A stretch of 64,000 bases of DNA from Paraspadella gotoi (taxonomy: Eukaryota > Animalia > Chaetognatha): assembly GCA_051294375.1 (NCBI GenBank), contig CM119270.1, positions 20,985,775 through 21,049,774 of the forward strand, given 5' to 3'. Positions 37,968-50,300 of the stretch are shown here, piece by piece. Within the stretch, counting starts at the first letter, position 1, and each line of letters starts with the position of its first letter. A program made the position numbers and the translations under genes. The notes under the pieces were generated by a model. That model was not told where the DNA came from. It worked only from the letters and a program-made list of their open reading frames with translations, and made no database searches.

Positions 37968-40900
37968 TTGAATAAATATTGGTTAAGATAAATATTGGAT
38001 ACGATTGGATTTGGATGAGATTAAAGCTGAATATTTTTTATTTGAAAATTTTAATTAAAGTATTTTTTTATTAGTCTGTCTCTTAGCAAATAAATACTTG
38101 TACAGTCTAAACACAACTGCCGTGTCCGCAGTCCTGCAGCCTTGGAACCTAAAGCGCCCCCTCACCTGCAGCCATTACACCTGCAGCTCCCTATAACCTG
38201 CAGCCCTCTTAACTGCAGAGCCCCCTAACCCGGAAGCGCCCACTCTTTTGCTGCCCTCTTACCTGCAGCGCGCCATCTCCATTTCTAAAGACGACCATGT
38301 TGTGTTTGATCAACTCCTTCCCGAAAGTAAAGAATGGACTCAGTTGATCCTGCAAGGATTTCAGTTCCGCCTCCGCCGCTTTCCCGTTGTAGAGTCTAAA
38401 AAGAGTAATAGGTTTATTAAAACATAGTTATACTAAGTAGGATTTCTAGTAATATCTAATTTGGTAAACATAATATATTTATGCATTGACCGATTTAATT
38501 ACATTACAATTACCGATGTATTGATTAATTGATTAATTGTTTTGATATCCTCTTGATTGATTAAATGGATTTATTGATTTATCAATCGATTGATTGCCTT
38601 ATTGCAAGATTCGTTGATTTGTTGATAAAAACCTGTAGTGATTGCAGGCTTTTAGATTAACTGCAATGAGGGAATCTGAATGATGCTGTAGGTACTGTAG
38701 CAAAACCTCTTGGGATACATCGTAGTAGTCGAGTTTGTAGTAGCAGAGGGCAACATATACGTTTAATGCCCTGACAGAGAAAATACATTTTATTCAACAC
38801 ATTCAACTGCGCATTCTTTGAAACAATATACCTCTTTATAGATAAACTAGACTGAGAGAGTCTTGCTTGCAGGGTAATGCTATACTATTATCTCCTAAGA
38901 GTAATAGAGGCCTTAAATCACCATAGCCTGTCCAAAGTCAGGGGAAAGATTACTTATTTATTAAATGAATGGATAATTTTATATTGCTAGTACCAATTTC
39001 ATAACAGTGAAAAATAATACCCTTTTTCTAACGTAAAGTCAAAATTTAATGGGTCGTAATCATTAAAAACACTTTTGCTTAACTTTAGAGATAAATGTTG
39101 TAGATTAGCTTAAGGATAAGCGTATTAGGGTTAGGCATTATAACTTGGGATAACATAAGGGATTAAACGTTATGCATTTGCTTCGGAATTTGGGTTAAAA
39201 TTAAGTTTAGAAATTATGGAACAGAATTAGTGTTTTTTTTTTTCAGAAAACAGGGCCAAATATTGCGAATGTCTATTAATGAATAAATGAATTAATAAAA
39301 GAAGGAGAAAAATGCTAAAAAGTTTAAAGATAAAAAGTGAGATATATTTACTTGTAATCCCTGTTGTCCAAAAGAATTCGTTTGTAAACATCGATGGCTT
39401 CTTGATAATGTGACCTCAAGTAGTGAATAGAAGCCAAAGACAACTGATCCTCTAAGATGTCCTGTTAAAGACACTCGTTTATCTTTTACATGTCAGTTAA
39501 TAAAAGAAAAAAAAGCATTTTAAACATTTAACCCGATGATTTGTGTGGGAACAGGTATAGACAGTTAAACTAATCGGTTCCATTGTTTTTTTGCCAAAAT
39601 AAAAAAAAAACTGTCTATTACTATAAGTATTTGAAAATAAATCTTTAAGTGACAGGAGTAGTCAAACTCGTTTGTAAACTGACTTTTATAATCGCGGCTA
39701 AAATCGGTATTTGTAAGTTTTATCATTCAACGCTCGCGTGAAAGTTTACTCCGCGGAACCTTTTATCGACATTTTTAAGTCTTTCAAATTACCAGAACCT
39801 GTGATAATTGATTGTTAAGGTTTAAAATTATAATTATTGTTTCCATTGACATTGTTGTTGAACAAAAAAAAAACTACATATCATAATATATTTTTTTTGA
39901 ATTTTCCACATAAATACACAGACGCTACCACCTCATTGCCTACTTTACATTTATAACTTTCTAACTTACTTTCCTGCGACGCCCTTCTCCCTTCTTACCC
40001 TCGCCACCTCCAACCCCCCCCCCCAGCCACCAACCCCCCCAACCACCCACTACGCACTGCCACCCATCACATTGCACCTGCAACTTCTGATGGTGCGTCA
40101 TGAGTCTCTTCTCGTCGCCCAATTTGTGGGCGACGTGAAAGAGGACGCGGTTGCGCAGCGCCGAATCCGGCGCCTGCTGAGCAGCCGCGTCCGCCTCCTC
40201 GTACATGCCGAGAAAGAAGAAGCAACAGGCGAGAAAGAGAGGAAGATTGGGATCGGTCTTGTCGGCGCGGGAAGAGAGCGCCTGATCGGGGAGGAAAGTA
40301 AATAATTAATGGCCTGATTGGGGGAGTTAGAAAGTAAATAATTAATGGCCTGATTGGGGGAGTTAGAAAGTAAATAATTAATGGCCTGATTGGGGGAGTT
40401 AGAAAGTAAATAATTAATGGCCTGATTGGGGGAGTTAGAAAGTAAATAATTAATGGCCTGATTGGGCAGGGAGGCGTGGATTTTAGGGATACATTAAGGA
40501 ATGGCCTGATTCGGGAGGGAAGAGTGGGATAATGCTAAATATTATAGTTTTAAATTCGCGAGTAATATTATCAAAAGCCCGGAAAAACCGAAATGGATTG
40601 TGAAAAATAGAATAGAATTCCAACCTAAAAAAAGTTTAATTTTCAAAATAAAGAGAAAGCGAAATAAAAAAATAATTAGCAACTTTATTTCTTTATTCTT
40701 GCATTTAAAAAAAACCCGACTAATTAACCAGAGCGAAAACCCAACTGGATATATTCCGCTTATATCACCTGGTATTTCTTTAACTAGATATATTCTGTTT
40801 ATATCACCTGGTATTCCTTTAACGCTCTGTCGTAGTCGCCCATGTGGAAGGCGCAGTAGCCCATCCATAAATCGAGATCTGAGTTCCCTTTTCCCGATGA

Positions 40901-41693
40901 CCTGGACAACACAGAAAACATCTCAATTTAGCGGTTGATTGTTTCGTTTGATAGATTGATCCATTGATTGACGGACATTGCATTAGTGAAGGTTTGATCT
41001 ATGCACCATATCAGCGAAAATCAATTATTTTATTTCATTATAATTGTTCAGTTGACATAATTAATTCATTTCAATTATTCATCCATCTATTCATTTATTC
41101 ATCCATCCATTCATCAATTAAACCATCTATTCATTTATTCCTCCAATTATTCATTTAATCATCCATCTATTAATTTATTCTTCCACCCATTCATCAATTA
41201 AACCATGTATTCATTAAATCATCCCTCTATTCATTAATTCATCCATCTATTCATGCGACTTTTCCATGACCTCACCGGTTGAACTCTAAGATTGTCATCG
41301 CTCCCGCGTAATCCCGAACCTCAAGAAGGTCTTCGAATTTCGGAACGCCTGAGAGAGAAGCGGATAATTATTTATAAGTTATAACAACAATTAAAACAAA
41401 CAAAAACAAACAAAAAAACCTTAAAAGCATAATGAAAAAAAAACGTAACAATAAAAACAACGAGAAAAAAAAAACAGCAAAAAGAATAACAACAACAAAA
41501 TTATCTCGACATTCAAACAATAATGACGAAAAGTGAAAGTGAAAAGCAAAAACAACGTGATACTTTTGATAAAAGCAACTAAAAAGCATTTCCTACTTTT
41601 CTTTGCTTTTTTTGCTTTTTTCTCTTTCTTTTCTTGTTCTGCTTTCATCTCCTTTTCTTTTCCCGCCGACGTTTTTGCTCGCGACAAAATCAT
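26103..41693 (-). CDS. TTC26: Intraflagellar transport protein 56 (TTC26/DYF-13), 14 exons, ~563 aa
   Basis: Phase-consistent exons: 41693-41597, 41348-41276, 40901-40808, 40281-40078, 39461-39352, 38770-38633, 38395-38263, 37801-37627, 36715-36631, 36195-36078, 35139-35036, 34509-34371, 34230-34147, 26240-26103. Motifs [114 protein letters not shown] match TTC26 as recalled. Confidence 0.96.
28271..33967 (+). CDS. XK-related-like multipass membrane protein, paralog 1 (2 coding exons), nested antisense in the last TTC26 intron
   Basis: Exon 1 28271-28772 ([30 protein letters not shown]; ~3 single-base deletions at 28430-28535), GT-AG intron 28773-32456 with ctaac branch motif, exon 2 32457-33967 in phase (HGEVYNQ..TNLNCSC). 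Colinear with 57977-60004. Frameshifts may be read errors or decay. Confidence 0.75.
29026..31612 (+). mobile_element. DINE-1/Helentron-like non-autonomous element(s) with internal tandem repeats
   Basis: 5' hairpin agtcggatc...gatcccgact, (GTCC)n tract 29185-29250, ~4-5 internal repeats (gaaattttgtgtgtgggtaggaaag...gtggaaatgagtttaaat), 3' hairpin cgggc-ttt-gcccg at ~31585; reverse copy of the 5' end at ~55947-55998. Classification from architecture only. Confidence 0.5.
31128..31205 (+). mobile_element. Degenerate tRNA-derived SINE head
   Basis: tggcgc...gtagcgt followed by ccgggttcgcgccc (B-box-like); no complete cloverleaf. Confidence 0.4.
31785..31830 (+). repeat. ~45-bp dispersed element terminus (other copies ~1912, ~55615 reversed, ~55867, ~61638)
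   Basis: ttatcgtaggcagatccgacattgtttgctcaaacttgtttt and close variants recur five times. Confidence 0.7.
35490..36072. repeat. Pyrimidine-rich (TTTTTCCC)n tract in TTC26 intron 10
   Basis: Visible directly; generates spurious FP/KG ORFs. Confidence 0.9.
37010..37650 (-). repeat. Tandem array of 8 copies (~76-84 bp) of the TTC26 exon-8 3' end plus donor
   Basis: Plus-strand unit aatcaattcactc(g/a)cgccta..cctgtcccaaagtc at ~37037, 37120, 37197, 37282, 37358, 37442, 37526 and 37610 (true junction), with (CAAT/CAAC)n spacers. Confidence 0.9.
40281..40515 (-). repeat. 36-bp tandem repeat of the TTC26 exon-4 acceptor
   Basis: Plus-strand cctgat at 40281 (true), 40313, 40349, 40385, 40421, 40457, 40505; sense unit tttactttCTAACtcccccaatcAG|GC. 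Confidence 0.88.
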
Positions 41694-41871
41694 TTTTCTT
41701 TTTGTCTTTGTTTTATATTTTTTAAGTTTTTGTTCATTCGAACCGTTTATTTTTTTACATTGTTTATTTATAGGTGGAAGAATAGCCAATTGTTATTCGC
41801 CACGACATTATGAATATTTTTATATGACAATGGCATTTGATGGCGACGTCGGCAGCTGCGCGAGTTTTCCG

Positions 41872-41884
41872 ATTGCTTAGCAAC
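41872..41884. promoter_or_regulatory. Candidate RFX X-box upstream of TTC26
   Basis: ATTGCT-T-AGCAAC, a near-palindromic match to the X-box consensus, ~180 bp upstream of the ATG of an IFT gene; IFT genes are established RFX targets. Confidence 0.55.
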
Positions 41885-42039
41885 GGATCCTCTGCCCGAG
41901 AGCAGAAAGAGAGAGAGAAAAAGAGAGAGAGAGAAACATATGTCTTTTGTTTAAATATCGATAAAGACCAAAAAAGAGTCCAGCATCGAGAGCCATCCAG
42001 TATTCTAAAGAAAAATAAGATATAGATATATATACATAT

Positions 42040-42085
<46 letters not shown>

Positions 42086-42923
42086 AAGAAATTATTCACG
42101 CAAGAACGAGAGCGGTGTAATTAGAAAGATGGAAAAAAAGTATTTATAAGAATGTATTAGGCATACGCAAACGATAGCTATATATCTTAGGTCATCGTTG
42201 TTCATATGAATTCATCGTTATGGGAAAAAAACAAATTGGTCAGAATTTTCATAACTGTTATTAAATTCATAAAGGCAAAAGAGTTAACTTATTAGGGAAG
42301 AGCACGGGTTATTATTTCTTGATTGCCAATACCTGTTATTATTTCTCTATCATAACATCGTCATCAGTGATTTGTATATAAACATTGAAGAACAATACTA
42401 ACTTAAAACTATTTTATGATTAATCATATTTTGCAGAACGAAACAACGGTTCCGCTCCGTTCGTGAGATCACGTAAACTTAATTAAACATACATAACGAT
42501 TTACTCAGACGGGAATTCCAGCGAAAACCTTTTTTTTTTCACAATGTATACTCGCATTCTATTTAAATTTAACTGCATTGATTTTAAAAATTGACTTTCA
42601 TTTTCTGTTCATTTCTTTTTTTTTAATCGAACTGGAAGTTCGAGCGCAGCGTTCGGACACGAAAACAAAACACGAATCATAGACAAAAGACGTTACCGTA
42701 TTAAAAAAAAAAGCAAAGCGATATATTGGATTTGGAGTTTATTGAAACGATTTAAGGAAAATAATATCATGAAGTTTATTTATAATTTCATCAGAAAACC
42801 CCCAAAGTAACAATTTCGTTAAAAAAAACAAAGAAAAAGGATCAAGGCTTCAGTGTTTACTCCACCTTTTATAAACTGAACCCGTAAATCTCGAGAGACA
42901 TTACTTACTTTTCAGCAGCGAAA

Positions 42924-44325
42924 ATGGAATCTCTACAATTTCTTCTCGAATCTTTGGAAAAATTTTGGCAGAAAAACGGAGTCGCGAATCTTGACGAAGT
43001 TGAAGTTAGGGAGAAGATTCGTGATTTCGTCGCCGCCATCTTGAGTGAGTTATTAAAAAACTTATTATTCTGGGTGAGTTAATCAGTAAGTTTATGAAAA
43101 AAATGAGGCCTAAACGTAACGGTTCTCTTATCTGTCACCATCAAAAATAACCATCAAAATAATTGTGACCAGACTGTTCGGTACACGAAAGATGACATTT
43201 TAAATTGTCTTCTTCAGAGGAATATGCAGAGGATTCCGCCGCCGACGCAGCCGACGCATCCGACGCAGCCGACGCAGCCGACGCAGCCGACGCCCCGACG
43301 GAAGACGGCGGCGCCTTACCCGACGATCGGGACAACAACGACGCCGGCCGCGCCAATGACGCCGCAAGAGACGGCGATCATTCAACGGACATCAGCCGCT
43401 CTCCAGATGTCACCGAGGACGTCGAGAATTCCAGCGACGCTGCCTCTGCCGCCGCCGCTGCCGCCCTCTCGCCTGACCTTCCTCCCAAACTGGCATCGAC
43501 GTCGCCACTTCAACTCTATTGCCTGATCGAGATGATCATTCATCTAAACCCAGATGTTTTCCCTTACGTTCGGGTCATCCTCGGCGCCTTTCGCGCCGCT
43601 TACCACGACGCCGGAAGAGGTACTTAAGATCTAAATGAAGGGAGGGGTTTAAACAGGCCAGGGACAAGGGGCGGACACCGAGGGGCCGCAGCCCCTGCGC
43701 CAGTTGGTGAGAACCCCTGGATCACACAGGCTATATCCCCGTTTCATATGTTCCACACCTTTCCCCATCTCCCTACACCCTACACCAACCCAACCCTAGT
43801 CGGCGCACTCTTGGTCACCGACGCCCTTCTAGCCGACTTGACTCGCAAGCACGGTCAACTGGGGAAGGCGGCCAACGAGGCCGAGCGGGTCGTCGACCGC
43901 TTGGAGGAAGAAGAGTCGCTGCTTGAGTCGTCGGATGCGCCCTTCGTCAAAGCGATCGTCCACAAGACCTTCGGGTTTTGTCTCAATCGATTGGACAAAT
44001 GGAAATACAAAGCGGAAAACGAGAAGAGTGCAAGGGTGAGAGGGTGAGAGGGTTAGATTAGAACCGGAAAGTTTGAAAGGTTGGAATAATTTAAGAGATT
44101 AGCAAAGAGAAATTTGTTTTTGTTAATACAACGATTTTATTTAATAAAAACAGACATGTTTCGACTCCAATGTGAGTCTTCAATTCATCAGCGCATTTTA
44201 ACATTTGTGAAATATTTGATGTCAAATTAGGAGAGAGCGGGAGAGAGAGAGACCGAAGCACGATGAGAGAGAGAGAAGGAGAAAGGAGGAAGCAGACGAC
44301 GAGAGAGAGAAGAAGACGAGCAGAA

Positions 44326-44363
<38 letters not shown>

Positions 44364-47300
44364 AAAGGTTTCCAACCAAGAATTGAGGGAAAGGAGATTG
44401 GTCAGAGGTGAGGACAGGTTAAGCTCAAGACAGATGTGAAATGCCTAATTTATATATATATATATAGAGGAGAAGAGAGAGAGAAGAGAGAGACGAGAAG
44501 CTCAGAGAAAGAAAGAGAGAGAGAGAGAGAGACAGAGAGTCTCAGAGAAAAAGGAGACCTCTCTCTACTAATTTGGCAACCAATATAAATACTTTTTTAC
44601 CATTAAAATTTATATAATAAATTTTTTTTTCTTTCTATTGCCTATCTTTTTAACCTTTTTTAGTATTAAGTTTGCAATAAAATCAAATAAAATAAGAATG
44701 GAGGTTTTAAAAAAATAATTTCTTATATTAATTGCAAAAATTTTTTATAGTTGCTTATTTTTATATTTTAATCAAAGAAAAGAGAAAAAGCCTTTGAAAG
44801 ATGAAAGGGAGGATTAGGGATAAATAAAAAATGGCAACATGATGGGAAAAAGTCAAGAACAAAATTATTAAAGTTCCTCGACCAAATTCTAAAATTCTAA
44901 AAGGCCAAGAAGCTTTTCATCGTGTTGATATGTCGCTAGCGTATTTAGATCAGATATTTATCCATTTATTTACAATTTTACAGGATTTGTTGATCGATAT
45001 TTTACTGACTTTGCAAACGTCTCCTGCATAGTCTTTCTGATATTTCCTGCTCTAATTGTTCTTTGTTAAGTGTTTAAAACTGTACTATAAAAATACTGAT
45101 AATGATTATATTGGAGTTTTTTGGGGTGGGCTTGTGTCCTAGTTTTTTCACAATTAAAGCTGTTCTATTTTAATGTTAGTTAGAATAATTGATATCTCCC
45201 CTCAAAAAAATTATTTATCTGTAATTAATTTTTCTGTTTGGTTTGGATTTTTAGGAACATTTATACCAGTAATGATATTTTTTTTAAACAGAGTTGATAT
45301 AAAATTCAAATATTCTAAACATTTGATTTTCATTCATATTTTAATAGTTTTATAAGTGCTCTTTTCTTTATTCATACAAATGTAAAAAAAAACTTTTGTG
45401 ACAACTGATTAATTAAAATACTTTCATACTGAACTGTGAATATTTGTCACAATGTCCGACAACATACTGTATCTAAAATTAAATTTATAAAAGGACTTAG
45501 TACATAAATTAGAAACAAATCATGTGAGGCGACTTAGAATCATGTTTTAATATTAATCATGAAAAATCATGCATTAAAAATGTAACATGAGTTATAATTA
45601 GGTCTTTTTAATATTTGTTTTATATTAGCTTATTCATTTTAAAAGTGTAAGCAACAAAACTAGATTTGATATACATTATTTTTCTCAAAATTTAGTTAAT
45701 GAAATAACGAAATAAAAAATGATAAAAAACATAATATGTATTTAAATCAAACACCATAAAAACAGATTAAAGCAATGGATGGAACCACCAAAAAAATCAA
45801 AGTAGAAATATGAGAGAAATCCGTAACTTTGTGGTCAATAAGGGCGAAAAAATTCTTAATAATTTCAACATAGAATCCTTCCAAGTGACAATATTCTCTC
45901 AGACCTTGTAATTTTTGAACAATACATTGAGACCAAAAAGTTATATCTGCTAAAAAACGTTTTATGAGCAAATTTTCTTCTACTCCAACAAAATCTGCAT
46001 CAATTAGACGCCACTTACGTTTTTGGAGAATTGGCACGGATCGGGCCCGCGGTTCTAAAACAAGTAGCGAAAAAATAAAAAAACCTATATAAACTGTCAG
46101 GGCAGCCATGAACACGGCAGGCGAAAAAAGCTTCCCCCTCTGAAAAAACAATAAACTGTTTACGAAAGGCAAAAAGGAGAGAAAATTTAAGAAGGAAAAA
46201 CTTTCATTGAAAATTGTTAAACGAAAAAACTCTGACAAGATAGAAAAGCGAAGGCCTTTTGCTTCGGATATCGACATGTTTTGGTGATAGTTGGTGAATC
46301 TTTGCAGATTTTGCCTAAGGTAAACTCCGTTCCCTTCACCTCTAATCCAAAAGTAGGTCAAAAATGGCAATGGTGCCGTCACTACCGAAAGCATAAATAT
46401 TAAAAAAACCTGCGCCTTTTTTATTTTTATATTTTTAAACAAATTGCGCAGAAATTTCAATGCAATAAGGGTTGTGAAAAGTGGAAAGAAGTTTGCAATT
46501 AAATTGTGGAAACGAGCGTATTCAGTTTGAAAATAAACAAGATGATAACCCAATTGGGTGTTTCGTTTTGGTTTGATAAACATCCAATTGTTTTTTTTTG
46601 CATTCAAATAATAAGCAAACCCAATAAGGGAAGCAAAAAAGGTCATAGAATAAAGACATGTCACAGATGACAGTGAAATGTTCTTCGTTGCTAGCAAGAG
46701 CATTCCAGTATGAAGTATTCCCAGCAGAAGATCTACAAAAACTAAAAGCAACATCAATTTTTGAGTTGGTTGCAAAAATAAAAAGTTTCCTAATGGAAGG
46801 TGCGATGCATATGAAAAAATTGGGCAAAGATTTTTATCTGGAAACATTTCAACCCACTTTTTTTGCGTTTTGCTTCCAAAAACTTCCACAAAACAAATAG
46901 ACACTTTGAAATTTATCATATTGAGACTTAAGTAAATTTTTAACTGTGGAATTTTATAATTTATAAGTTTTATTGAATCTAAACCCCATTTGATACTTTG
47001 AATCTGGAAATCAAAATCTATTCCACTGATATCTTTATGCTTTTTGTAAGACATTGTAAATCCAAGTATAAAGGCACTGAACAAAGGCATAATTATCCAT
47101 TGAAATGTAGATTTTTCAATTTTGGGGATACGATTCCTGACTGGAGCCAAATTTAGTAACATCATCTTAATCATTATTTTGAATTCCGTAATTGAAAAAA
47201 CACGCAAAAGTAAAAATGGCGCGAATATCAAAAATATTTCAGAGTATAGAATAAAGTGAACATAAATTAAATATAAAGAAATCGTTTTCTTTGACGTCCT

Positions 47301-50300
47301 AAAATATCGACTGATTGAAAGGAGCCTTAATAAATTAGATTTAGCTGAGATATTAGAATATTGACTATGTCGTATATTTGACGCAGTCTTTGCGAAGCTG
47401 TCGACACTGCCGCTGAAATAATGGTCAATGGACTTTTGATCCTCCAGGAGCATAAAAGAAACCGGAAAGTTGGGAAAACCTACAAACGCAAGATATATTT
47501 TGTGTTCGTGATTACGTCATTTTGGATAGAATACACTGTACCATTCATGTTTTCTACAGGATGTTGCGTCGGAAAGAGGAATGCAAGTCTCCGTGTTTGT
47601 CTGGTCGACGCAAGAAGAAAAATATTTTGAATCAACATCTGAATGAAGGATTTAACAGAGTTTGAATCAGATTCATGGCCAACAAGATATTTTCTTTTCG
47701 AATTATCTCGGTTCCATGAAGTCAGCATCTCTCTGATCTAAATATAAATCGAAACTCAAAGGAAAGCTACCGAGACCAATCAGGAAACAAGAACACCGAA
47801 TTCTTTATCCAAATCGAATTCCAGATTCTCGGATAAATGGTTTGATTTTCTTTTAATGACGATTAAACCATAAATGGATGAGAGAAAGCTGTGAATTAAG
47901 ACGACAGCAACATGGCCGCTCCAGAATATTCTCCTTGCAATGTGCCCGAATTCCAATAGAATAAAATGTCTTGATATCCGTGCCAATGTCCAGAATGTTA
48001 TGGCGTTGGTCACGATGACCACAATCAATTGAATATTCATCATTGTTCTTACAAAAGAAATGAAATAAATGAATATCAGCATATGTACGTACGTTTAAGG
48101 CGGAACAAAGTAAAAACTAAGAGTTCTGTAATATAAATAACATTAGAGCATCCTGTGGATAACGAAATTTAAAAAAAATTAAGATTTATTTATATTATAT
48201 AACATAGAAACATTTAAAGTTTATCGTATATTATAAATCATGAAATTTTTTTTTCAAAATCAGAATTTTATAAACGAATTCGGTAGAGATTGAAAAAAGA
48301 AATAAAAATTATTACTACAAGATTTCCAATTTTTTTGTTTTATTGCTTAAAATTAGCAAAAACTTAAAAATTATGGTACGACGATGATGATGATGTATTT
48401 TAAAGAGTTTTTCCATTATTGACCCACTTATCATCGAAATATATTAAAACGCATTATCTTTGTGGAGACAATTTATGGGCTATCTGAATCCGTTCTTAAA
48501 AAATAGAATTTAAAAAAAATGCTTATGCATTGATAAATATTTAAATGCTTTGTAGAAGACAAAGTGACCGTGTGGATAGAGGCTCGGAGAAAGAGGAAGA
48601 AGGGTTTAGAGAGAAAAGACCGTGGTAAGTCGCCTCAGGCTTCATGTTACGTTGCTTTAACAAGTTAAAAAAGTGATAGTAAATATTGAGTATATGATGG
48701 ACAAATGAATTTTATATTACAGAACTTTTAATGATAAAAAGTGATCCTTTTGGCCCCCTTAGTATAGTGTTCCGATTAACCGTTACTGTTACGGTATTAA
48801 CGGTTAAAAATATTTTAACTTAACGTTAATATTCGATTTTAACGGTTAATTCGGGTTAATTTCAAATGTGATTTTTTCATTTTTGTTATGAAATCTTAAA
48901 TTTAAACAAAAACTATTTTTTTTCTGTTCTCTCTTATTCTCTCTCTCCTTCTTACCTCCGCTCTCTGCTCTCCAAGTTTTCCCTGCTTTTTTCCTTTGTT
49001 ATTTACTTCTTTTTGTTTTTCCTCATCTCTCTCTTATTCTTTCTCCCCTTATTTCATCCCTGTTTCCTTCTTTTTTCATTCTCACTTTTCCCCTTTTTCT
49101 TTCCCCTTTTTTTTCTCCTTTTCTTCGCCTTTGGCTTTACCTTTTCTTTTTTGCCCTTTCATGCAATAATATGTAGTCAATTTAGCTAAAATAAATAATC
49201 TCGTTTATTTTACTTTTTCTCTCTTTTTCTTTCCTCTTTAAATTAACAAGAAGAAAATGAAATAAAACCGAATGAATGAAAAAAATGAATAAAAAACAAA
49301 ATAAAAAATTATTTTAAAAAATTAAAAATTAATAATAGGAAGGAACGATCTTAAAAAAGACATATAAAAGAATAATGATGATATACTTTTTAACTAAACT
49401 AAAAAATATATTTATTAATCATATAAATCCATATTTATATTTATGGTCAATGAACGAATAGTGTCATAAGTGTTAGTGAAGAGATTCAACAACATGAACG
49501 AATGCGTTTGAAGAGAACGTAAGCAATAAGAAAATAATGTGGGAATAGAGGAAGAGTAGATGAAAGGAAAAAGAGATAAGCAATGAGAGAGAAGAAAGAG
49601 GAAAACATATATGATGAGAATTAGAATTTGATGGGTATTCATGTTCGTTCGTTGTGTTAGTGAAGATTTTGTCAAAAGTATTGTTGTTTTTGATTACAAA
49701 CAACAATTTTAATTGCTGACGATAAACGAATATGACATGTGTTCGACTAAGCTGTTTTTAAGGTCTTTATCAGCGCATCAGAGGAGCCAGATGTTTAAAG
49801 GAAATCCGATTAAATAGGTTTACTTTGGATTTTAAATTGCTTAAATTTTTATAATGTAATAGTTGAATTGTAGAAAAGAGTTAACAGTATCTTAAGCGTT
49901 GAACCGTTTGAATAAGATGTGTAGTAATTTAACGTAGTGTTAGCTACCGATCTTTCGCGTAACAAATTAACGGTTATTCGAAACCCTGCTTAGTACATTC
50001 ATTTTTACCAATGGTTTTAATATATTTCAATAATTGTTTACTTTTAATTATTTAATAATATGAACTTCATTTAATTTTAATATTATTTTATTTTATTCTA
50101 ATTTTTACTATGATATTTACTTTTGATTAATTTTTATTATAAATTACTTTTTGGGTTTTATTATATTGCTTCTATGTGTGGACTAAAATCCACCAACCGT
50201 TCATCAGCGGCCATTGGTGCCGGAGGCAAGTCATTCCCTCCCAACCAAAGGTCCGGGTTCTAGCCCGGTGGTCGCTGGCAGTTAAGAGGACGGGGCGCTT

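Noticed and set aside
50205-50290. Functional tRNA gene (also 31128-31205)
   Set aside because: A/B-box-like motifs are present but no cloverleaf can be formed; treated as SINE heads.
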